Position numbers and translations under genes: made by a program. Source: an uncultured Enterobacteriaceae bacterium (GTDB taxonomy: Bacteria > Pseudomonadota > Gammaproteobacteria > Burkholderiales > SG8-39). From it: a DNA stretch of 61,186 bases. Positions 49,338-56,387 of the stretch are shown here, piece after piece. Where the stretch lies: positions 1-61,186 of the forward strand of contig CAYNVY010000004.1 in NCBI GenBank assembly GCA_964400745.1, written 5' to 3'. The notes beneath the pieces were generated by a model. That model did no database searches. It had not been told where the DNA came from and saw nothing but the letters and a program-made list of their open reading frames with translations. Position 1 is the first letter of the stretch; each line of letters begins with the position of its first letter.

Positions 49338-49405
49338 GCCTCCGAATTGATAACGGAGGCAGCATGGCACGAGGTGAATCAGAAGCGCGGCGCGGTGGGC
49401 AGGGA

Positions 49406-49711
49406 CTACTCCCACCGATCCTTCGCGCGCGCCTCCTCGACCGTCTGCCACTGCATGTTCTCCGGAGCATCTGCTCCGCCGCGCTTGAGCGCGACCACAT
49501 GGTCAATCACATAGCCCGGGCACGGGCCGGTCGCTTTTTGAGTGACTGGACACGGGTGCAGACGTTTGAATGCGGCCTTGGCCGCGTAGCGGCGCTCAAT
49601 GCGGCCGCGCAGGTCGCGCTGGATGTTGGTCTGCTGTGGGTCGGGCGCATCGGCCCACACCGCATGGCTGACGAGCAGCGCCACGACTGCCAAAAGTTTG
49701 GTCATCACCAA
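49406..49711 (-). CDS. Small HNH-motif protein with signal peptide
   Basis: MTKLLAVVALLVSHAVWA; CP...CPGYVIDHVVALKRGGADAPENMQW. Confidence 0.75.
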   Translation of the reverse strand: MVMTKLLAVVALLVSHAVWADAPDPQQTNIQRDLRGRIERRYAAKAAFKRLHPCPVTQKATGPCPGYVIDHVVALKRGGADAPENMQWQTVEEARAKDRWE

Positions 49712-49731
49712 TTCTACCCCGGGCGCCAGCC

Positions 49732-49998
49732 GTGAATTCAGCGTGCCCCGATCGCCTGGCGTCTATCACCGCCTGGATCTGCGCCGCCGGCATTCTCATC
49801 GTGACGCTTCTTGGTTATCACCTCCAGAGCCGCCCGACCCCGGCGCCGGCCGTCGCGGCCGAACTACCCCGCGCCTGCGTCGCGCCCAAAGCCCCTGGCG
49901 AAACGCTGCGCATCACCGTCACCTATCGCGACGGACTGCTCGACGTTATCTGCCGCCCCGTGCATGCGGTCCTACCCCTGAAGAGGAGCCCACGATGA
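49732..49998 (+). CDS. Phage hypothetical membrane protein
   Basis: TM segment; ATGA-coupled to the next gene. Confidence 0.5.
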   Translation: MNSACPDRLASITAWICAAGILIVTLLGYHLQSRPTPAPAVAAELPRACVAPKAPGETLRITVTYRDGLLDVICRPVHAVLPLKRSPR

Positions 49999-50285
49999 TC
50001 ACATCCGACCCCCGCAGCTGGCGGCAGCGCCACCCCTCCGGCCGCGCCAGCGACGAGATCGCCAGCGCGCCGAGCGAGACCGGTCCGGACCGGAGGCAGA
50101 CGGTCAATCTCCCCGATACGCTCACCGTCCGCCTGGCCGCCACGCTCGCCGCGGCCGCGCACCTGAAGCTCGTCATCGATTACAACGATGGCGGCCAGGT
50201 CAAGCTCACCCCGGTCGTATTCCCTGGCATGCAGATCATCGCCTCGGATAGCGACCCGGACTTAAAGGTCAGGGAGGCAGCATGA
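49995..50285 (+). CDS. Early hypothetical protein
   Basis: GAGGAG RBS; coupled on both sides. Confidence 0.55.
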   Translation: MITSDPRSWRQRHPSGRASDEIASAPSETGPDRRQTVNLPDTLTVRLAATLAAAAHLKLVIDYNDGGQVKLTPVVFPGMQIIASDSDPDLKVREAA

Positions 50286-50515
50286 ACAAGTTCCAGCGCA
50301 ATCGCATCACGGCGATCTGCAACCAGCTCGCCACACTGCGCGAGCAGATCGACGAGCTGCACGACGAGGAGCAGGAAAAGTACGACAACATGCCCGAAGG
50401 CCTCCAGGCCGGCGACAAGGGCGACAAGATGCAGGAGGGTATCGATGCCCTCGAACAAGCGCTCAGCGCCATGGACGAACTCAGCGGCGCGCTCGACGAA
50501 GCGGTGATGGCATGA
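50282..50515 (+). CDS. Acidic coiled-coil phage protein
   Basis: DEEQEKYDNMPEGLQ motif; GGAGG RBS. Confidence 0.7.
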   Translation: MNKFQRNRITAICNQLATLREQIDELHDEEQEKYDNMPEGLQAGDKGDKMQEGIDALEQALSAMDELSGALDEAVMA

Positions 50516-50754
50516 GCATCGTGATCGTGGTCGGGCCAATGGCCTGCGGTAAAACGCGCAACGCCGAGGCGCTGCGAAAACACTTCGGCTGCAAACGGAT
50601 CGTCGAAGACTATGTGCGCGGCTTCAGCCCACCGCTCAAGGACGGCGATCTAGCACTGACGAATGAAGCCCCTCGCCGCCGGAAAGTCCCAGGCGTACGC
50701 GTCGTGGAGTTCGCCGATGCAATGAAGGAAATCAAGAAAGGAGGCCGCGTATGA
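50512..50754 (+). CDS. Small P-loop-containing phage protein
   Basis: GPMACGKT. Confidence 0.6.
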   Translation: MSIVIVVGPMACGKTRNAEALRKHFGCKRIVEDYVRGFSPPLKDGDLALTNEAPRRRKVPGVRVVEFADAMKEIKKGGRV

Positions 50755-50951
50755 GCACCCGCTACGGCGTGAAATGGCCGGATGGCTTGGTCACCGGCGG
50801 CATCACTGACAGCTACCGACTCGCCGCCTCGTATGCCAAGGATCACGACGGCACGGTCTACGAGATCCCGGCGCGGACCCGCCCGGGCGACGACGGCGAC
50901 CAGGAGTGCGGCCTGCCCGCCTGGTCATCGAGCGCATACGGTGGCCTATGA
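50751..50951 (+). CDS. Early hypothetical protein
   Basis: ATGA-coupled; AGGAGG RBS. Confidence 0.5.
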   Translation: MSTRYGVKWPDGLVTGGITDSYRLAASYAKDHDGTVYEIPARTRPGDDGDQECGLPAWSSSAYGGL

Positions 50952-51184
50952 ACCGCGCCATCAGCAGCCTACGCCGTCGCCTAGAGCGATGGGAACTCGG
51001 ACACCTGCGAGCCCATGCCGCCGATCTGGCGGAAAGGCTGGAAAAACTGGAGCACGAGCTGAACTTCGTGACCGATCGAGCCGAGTGGCTTGAGCGGTCG
51101 CTGCACGATCTCAACATGGATCTTGCCGAGCGCGACCTGAAGGTCGGCCTCACCAAAGACGGCCAAATCGGGTTGCTGGCATGA
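50948..51184 (+). CDS. Early coiled-coil hypothetical protein
   Basis: ATGA-coupled. Confidence 0.55.
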   Translation: MNRAISSLRRRLERWELGHLRAHAADLAERLEKLEHELNFVTDRAEWLERSLHDLNMDLAERDLKVGLTKDGQIGLLA

Positions 51185-51438
51185 GCGACAACGAGCACCG
51201 GATCAACCGATTCCCGACCGTCGCAGCCAACTGGGAACACTTCAACAGGGTGGACATTGCACCTAGTGCACCGCAAATCCAGCGAGATGAGATGCAGCGC
51301 GCGTTCATGGCCGGCGTATCGAGTGGCCTGGTACTCGCTCTTGCTGCTGAGCAAAGCGATGATTTCGCTGCAGGCCTCGCTAGGATCAACGCCGAGTTGG
51401 TGGCGTGGGCGGCAATGCGTAAAGCGAAACGCTCATGA
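51181..51438 (+). CDS. Early hypothetical protein
   Basis: ATGA-coupled; QRDEMQRAFMAG. Confidence 0.55.
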   Translation: MSDNEHRINRFPTVAANWEHFNRVDIAPSAPQIQRDEMQRAFMAGVSSGLVLALAAEQSDDFAAGLARINAELVAWAAMRKAKRS

Positions 51439-51698
51439 GCGCCCGCCCCGTCCTTCTCACCGACGACGAGCACCAGGAGCTCGATCGCCGTCTGACCGAA
51501 TGCGCGAGCGAGACCGCCCTGCGCCAGTATCTCGCCCAGAGCATCGTCCTGGAGCAGCTTCTGGCGGCTGTGAAGGCGCGCAGCATGAAGCGCACCGAGG
51601 CAACCTTACGCCGGCTCATTCGGCCTTCGCTCACCGTAGAGCGCGCGGCCTCGGCCGCGCACGAGCCACCCCCTATTGGCGAGGATCGCCTGCTATGA
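51435..51698 (+). CDS. Early hypothetical protein
   Basis: ATGA-coupled. Confidence 0.55.
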   Translation: MSARPVLLTDDEHQELDRRLTECASETALRQYLAQSIVLEQLLAAVKARSMKRTEATLRRLIRPSLTVERAASAAHEPPPIGEDRLL

Positions 51699-51774
51699 CG
51701 CGCCTCATCCTCGCCTGGCGGCTGTACACGCGTCTGCACTACACCTGGCGACTTGCCTGGGCGAAGGCGGCGCG

Positions 51775-52053
51775 ATGAACGAAGCGCTCCTGTTCGGCAG
51801 CACCTTCGTCGCCGTATTCGCACTCGGCCTGCAGTCGCTCAACGTCAACGGCGGCCACGCCTTCGCGGCGTTCCTCACCAGCTTTGTGATCGGCGGCTCG
51901 CACTTATTCCTCTATCGCCTCATGCCGCAGGCATCTGTGCCCGAACTCGCCGCTTACCTCTGCGGCGGGCCGTTCGGCATCGTCGCATCGATGTGGTTTC
52001 ACCGCCGCACCATCGGTCGGTGCAAATTGCCCCAACAGGAAAACAATCCATGA
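51775..52053 (+). CDS. Small multi-TM phage protein
   Basis: Three hydrophobic segments; coupled to the clamp gene. Confidence 0.6.
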   Translation: MNEALLFGSTFVAVFALGLQSLNVNGGHAFAAFLTSFVIGGSHLFLYRLMPQASVPELAAYLCGGPFGIVASMWFHRRTIGRCKLPQQENNP

Positions 52054-53132
52054 AGATCCGCCAGGCCGCAGCCCTCGCCGCGCACGTCGCCAGCCGCAGC
52101 TCCGCCATTCAGATACTGCAGCACGTGCGCATCGATGGCCGGCACATCACCGCCTGCGATATCTCGCAGCAGATCGAGATCCCGATCGATGCCATTGAAG
52201 GCTTGAACGGCGCCGTGTTCTGCGTGCACGCCGCGCGGCTTACGCGCATCCTCAAGGCGCTGCCCGAGGAGGCTGAGCTCAAGCTCAGGGTCAAGGATGC
52301 GCGCGTGTTCCTTAGCGCCGGCGCCACGCGCTACGAATTGAATGCCATGGCGCCGGAAGACTTCCCGCGCCTGGACATGCCCGAGGCCGGCGCGGACGGC
52401 GTTACTGTCCCGACCAAGCCGCTGGTCGACGCGCTGCGCTTTTGCACCCCGGCAATGGCGACCGCGGATATCCGCTACTACCTGAACGGCATGCACCTGG
52501 GCATCTTCCCCGGCCGTATGGAGATCACCGCCACCGACGGCCACCGCCTGCACCGCGCGCGCGTCCCGCTCGACGGCGGCGGTCGCCAATGCGCAGCGAT
52601 TCTGCCGTGGTCCAGCGTCGCCCGCATCATTGAAATTTCCGGCGAGCACAAGGACATCGAGCTCAGCCTGACCGACACCCTGGCGCTCATCGACACCGGA
52701 CGCGAAACGCTGTCGGCCAAGCTCATCGACGGCAAGTTTCCCGAAGCCGAGCGCGTCATCCCCGCCGGCCGGCCGGCGAGCGGCACCGTCCCGCGCCTGG
52801 CCTTCGTCGATGCGGCCAGGCGTGTCGCGCAAATTTTCGACGGCGAAAAGTTCCAGGGCATACAAGTCGACTTCACCCCCGGCGCGATCGAGCTCAGCGC
52901 CAAGAATGCAGGCCAGGAAACGGCCGCCGAGCGCTTCGAGTGGTCGGCCGTCGATACCCGCCTGAAGCCGCTATCGATCGGCTTCCAGTGGCAGTTCCTC
53001 GCCGAAGCGATCGAGGCCTTCCCCGGCGAGCGCGTCAACCTGCACCTGCCCGACAACGACCAGGGCTCGCTCTACGTCACCGACACCGACGACGGCAAGT
53101 ATCAGGTAGTCCTGATGCCGGCGCGGATCTGA
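52050..53132 (+). CDS. dnaN: Phage-encoded DNA polymerase III beta sliding clamp homologue
   Basis: EDFP, DIRYYLNG, ATDGHRL, KLIDGKFP...RVIP, VLMPARI; 360 aa. Confidence 0.88.
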   Translation: MKIRQAAALAAHVASRSSAIQILQHVRIDGRHITACDISQQIEIPIDAIEGLNGAVFCVHAARLTRILKALPEEAELKLRVKDARVFLSAGATRYELNAMAPEDFPRLDMPEAGADGVTVPTKPLVDALRFCTPAMATADIRYYLNGMHLGIFPGRMEITATDGHRLHRARVPLDGGGRQCAAILPWSSVARIIEISGEHKDIELSLTDTLALIDTGRETLSAKLIDGKFPEAERVIPAGRPASGTVPRLAFVDAARRVAQIFDGEKFQGIQVDFTPGAIELSAKNAGQETAAERFEWSAVDTRLKPLSIGFQWQFLAEAIEAFPGERVNLHLPDNDQGSLYVTDTDDGKYQVVLMPARI

Positions 53133-53155
53133 AACCCAAGCCACAGGAGACCAGC

Positions 53156-55087
53156 ATGAACGCACCCGCCACCACCGCCAGTTTGCAGGCCGCTGCACCC
53201 GCCACTTTTCAACTCGTCGCCATCGGCAAGATCGAGCCGTCAAAAAGCGAGATCCAGCGCATGCGCCGCGAGCATTTCACCAAGGAAGGTCTCGACCAGC
53301 TCGCGGCCAGCGTGCGCCAGGTCGGCGTCGCCGAGCCGCTACTGCTGCGGCCACTGGGCAAGGACGGCTTCGAGCTCATCGCCGGCGAACGCCGCTGGCT
53401 GGCCGCGCGCGCCGCAGGCCTCGCTGAAGTGCCCGCGATGGTGCGGCCGTGCACCGACGAGCAGGCGCTCGAACTCCAGCTGATCGAGAACCTGCAGCGC
53501 GTGGACCTGCACGAAATGGAGGAGGCCGAAGGCTACGACGCGCTGCGCAAGTTGAAGAAGCTCACCGCCGACCAGGTCGCCGAACAGGTCGGCAAAAGTC
53601 GCAGCCAGGTCTTCGCGCGCTTGAAGCTGCTCGAACTCTGCCCCGAGGCGCGCAAAGCCTTCTACGCCGGCGAAATGGAAGCCTCGGTCGCGCTGCTCGT
53701 CGCGCGTGTTCCGGGCGCCGAAGCGCAGCGCGCCCTGCTCAAAGATATCAGCGGCAAAGGCGAGTTCTACTGGGACCACGAAGGGCCGCCGACCTTCCGC
53801 CAGGTGCAGGAGCACGTGCAGGAGGCCTACATGGCCGACCTCAAGGGCGCATCGTTCAAGCTCGACGACGCCACGCTCCGCAAAGGCTGTACCACCTTCC
53901 TCGCCTGCACCGCCTGCCCCAAGCGCACCGGCAATCAGAAGGATCTGTTCACCGAAATCAAGAATCCAAACATCTGCACCGATCCGTTCTGCCTCAAGGC
54001 AAAGGAAAACGCGCACAAGGCGCGCGTGCGCGACGAGCTCGAAGCCAAGGGTGAGACCATCATCAGCGGCGACAAGGCGAAGAAGATCAAGCCGCACGCT
54101 TACAGCCGCGAGCTGAAGGACGGATACGTCGAACTCGATCAGGAGGATTACATCGGCGGCGGCTTCAAGACCTGGCGCAAAGCAGTCGGCAAGCAGCCCT
54201 TGGCGACCACACTGCTCGAATGTCCGCACACTGGCAAGCTGCTGCAGGTCGCCAAGCGCGAGGACGTGAATGCCGCGCTCAAGGCCAACGGCATCGATCC
54301 GAACAAGCGCATGGGCAGCGGATCGAGCAGTGATCAGAAGGCGAAGGAACGCAAGGCGCGGCTTGAAACTGCGATCCGGCTGCGCATCCTGGCCGATATC
54401 CGCACCGCCAGCCGCGCCCGTCAGTTCGATCGCGACGACACCATCCTGGTGGCCGGCGCTTTCTTCGATCGCCTCGGCTTCGACGGCTGCAAGCACCTGG
54501 TCGACGCCTGGAACGCGGCCGCCGGCATCGAAAAGCCGAAAGGACACGAGTACGTGCGCGACTTCGCAAAGAAGCTCCCCCAGCTCAGCGACGCCGAGCT
54601 GGGGGCACTATTCCTCGATATGGCGCTGATCAACGATTGCCACGTCGCCAGCTACAGCACTCCCGATGTGAAGGGACTCCTGGCCACCGCCAAACGCCTG
54701 GGCATCGATGTCGAGAAGATCCGGACAGAACTGACGGAGGCGGCGAAGGATAAGCAGGCCGCGAAGAAGAAAGCGGTGAAGGCCAAGCCGGCGGCCAAAG
54801 CAACGTCCGAAAAGGTGAAGGCGAAGGTCAAGCATGCGCCGGCCTTCATGGCACCGCTGCAGCCATCTGCCGTGCTTGCGGCGATCGTCGGCGACAAACC
54901 GCTCGTTCGCACCGAGATCACTAAGAAAATATGGCTGCACATCAAGACCAACGGCCTGCAGGACGCAACCAACCGCCGAATGATCAACGCGGACGAAAAA
55001 TTACAGGCCGTGTTCGGCGGAAAGAAACAGGTATCGATGTTCGATATGACGATGCTCGTCGCCAAGCAGCTGCAGGCTGCGAAATAA
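53156..55087 (+). CDS. ParB-like protein with Cys cluster and C-terminal SWIB/MDM2 domain
   Basis: FELIAGERRWLA, IENLQRVDL, HTH; CTACPKR...CTDPFC; FMAPLQPSAVLAAIVG...RTEITKKIW...LQDATNRRMINADEKL. Confidence 0.85.
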   Translation: MNAPATTASLQAAAPATFQLVAIGKIEPSKSEIQRMRREHFTKEGLDQLAASVRQVGVAEPLLLRPLGKDGFELIAGERRWLAARAAGLAEVPAMVRPCTDEQALELQLIENLQRVDLHEMEEAEGYDALRKLKKLTADQVAEQVGKSRSQVFARLKLLELCPEARKAFYAGEMEASVALLVARVPGAEAQRALLKDISGKGEFYWDHEGPPTFRQVQEHVQEAYMADLKGASFKLDDATLRKGCTTFLACTACPKRTGNQKDLFTEIKNPNICTDPFCLKAKENAHKARVRDELEAKGETIISGDKAKKIKPHAYSRELKDGYVELDQEDYIGGGFKTWRKAVGKQPLATTLLECPHTGKLLQVAKREDVNAALKANGIDPNKRMGSGSSSDQKAKERKARLETAIRLRILADIRTASRARQFDRDDTILVAGAFFDRLGFDGCKHLVDAWNAAAGIEKPKGHEYVRDFAKKLPQLSDAELGALFLDMALINDCHVASYSTPDVKGLLATAKRLGIDVEKIRTELTEAAKDKQAAKKKAVKAKPAAKATSEKVKAKVKHAPAFMAPLQPSAVLAAIVGDKPLVRTEITKKIWLHIKTNGLQDATNRRMINADEKLQAVFGGKKQVSMFDMTMLVAKQLQAAK

Positions 55088-55114
55088 GCCCACCCCACCA
55101 CACCAGGAGCCCAC

Positions 55115-55516
55115 ATGAACGCCCCCGAAACCGTAGCAGTCAAATTCACTCTCACCGCACCGATCACCATCACCCCGCCGCCGCTCAACGATGGCGAGCT
55201 ATGGGCCGGCATCGTCACCACCGAGAAAGGCCTGCACCACATCATCCTGATGCCCGGCGACCAAGCCGGTGCATCGTGGAAGAAGCAGATGGCCTGGGCG
55301 AAGAAAGCCGGCGGCGACCTGCCCGACCGCGTCGAACTCGCCACGCTGCGCCGCACCCTGCCCGAGGAATTCAAGCCCGAACGGTACTGGTCCAATGAGC
55401 AGCACGCAGCCGATTCTGACTATGCCTGGTGTCAGTACTTCTACTACGGCTACCAGAACAACACCACCATCAACGACAAGCTCCGCGCTCGGTCCGTCCG
55501 CAGAGTAGCCATTTAG
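55115..55516 (+). CDS. DGR target protein 1 (DUF1566/CLec-like)
   Basis: GGDLPDRVEL...YWS...AW...RSVRR; VR1 at the 3' end. Confidence 0.88.
   Translation: MNAPETVAVKFTLTAPITITPPPLNDGELWAGIVTTEKGLHHIILMPGDQAGASWKKQMAWAKKAGGDLPDRVELATLRRTLPEEFKPERYWSNEQHAADSDYAWCQYFYYGYQNNTTINDKLRARSVRRVAI
55399..55504 (+). repeat. DGR variable repeat VR1
   Basis: 106 bp; 9 differences from TR, all at TR adenines. Confidence 0.95.
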
Positions 55517-55550
55517 TCCTTCATCCATTCAACCATTCAGGGAGCCTGCA

Positions 55551-56012
55551 ATGATCACCCTTGACGCCATCAAGACCGAGCAAAGCAAGATTGAATCGAT
55601 GATCGCCACATTCGAAAAGCAATTGCTGACGCAGGAACCGCGCACGGTGTATTTCCCATCCATCAGCGTCAACCTTGCGCCCGGTGAGCACTACGCCGGC
55701 ATCATCCTCGGAAAAGACGGCGCTGCGCCGCATCACCTGATTCTCCTGCCCGGCGAGGCCGAGAGCATCACCTGGAAGGACGCCAAGGCGTGGGCCGCCA
55801 AAGCCGGCGGCGAACTCCCCACGCGCCGCGAGCAGGCCCTGCTCTATGCCAACCTCAAGGATCAGTTCCAGGAGCTTTCCTACTGGTCCTGCGAGCAGCA
55901 CGCAGCCCTTTCTGACTATGCCTGGTTTCAGAGCTTCGACACCGGCACCCAGCACTACTACGGCATCATCCTCAAGCTCCGCGCTCGGTCCGTCCGCAGA
56001 TTAGAAATTTAG
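55551..56012 (+). CDS. DGR target protein 2 (DUF1566/CLec-like)
   Basis: GGELPTRREQ...YWS...AW...RSVRR; VR2 at the 3' end. Confidence 0.88.
   Translation: MITLDAIKTEQSKIESMIATFEKQLLTQEPRTVYFPSISVNLAPGEHYAGIILGKDGAAPHHLILLPGEAESITWKDAKAWAAKAGGELPTRREQALLYANLKDQFQELSYWSCEQHAALSDYAWFQSFDTGTQHYYGIILKLRARSVRRLEI
55895..56000 (+). repeat. DGR variable repeat VR2
   Basis: 106 bp; 15 differences from TR, all at TR adenines. Confidence 0.95.
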
Positions 56013-56033
56013 TCCTTTAGCCCTTTTCTCAGC

Positions 56034-56387
56034 ATGGCACTGCACACCAACCTGCCGATTCACAAGGTCGCCTACGATCTCCTCGACACCATCACGGATC
56101 TCGCCAAGAACATGCCCCGCGATTTCAAGGCATCGATCGGCGGCAAGCTCCGCGATGAATGCGTCGCGATCGTCGTGCTGATCTTCCGTGCCAATGTCGC
56201 CACGGAGAAAGCGCCGCACTTGGGCACGCTGATCGAGCGCCTCCAGGTTGCGGAGCTGCTGCTCCGGCTCTCGCGCGACAAGCGGCTGATCTCGACCGGC
56301 CAGTACGCCAAGGCGATCGAGCTCACCAACAGCGTCGGCAAGCAGGCGGGTGGATGGCGCCGCTCCGCACTCTCGCCCGTTGCATGA
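56034..56387 (+). CDS. avd: DGR accessory variability determinant (four-helix bundle)
   Basis: LPIHKVAYDL...MPRDFKASIG...VGKQAGGW; 117 aa, between VR2 and TR. Confidence 0.88.
   Translation: MALHTNLPIHKVAYDLLDTITDLAKNMPRDFKASIGGKLRDECVAIVVLIFRANVATEKAPHLGTLIERLQVAELLLRLSRDKRLISTGQYAKAIELTNSVGKQAGGWRRSALSPVA

Noticed and set aside
53156-55087. Plasmid-prophage ParABS partition system
   Set aside because: No ParA ATPase is recognisable, and the element is integrated by a serine integrase.
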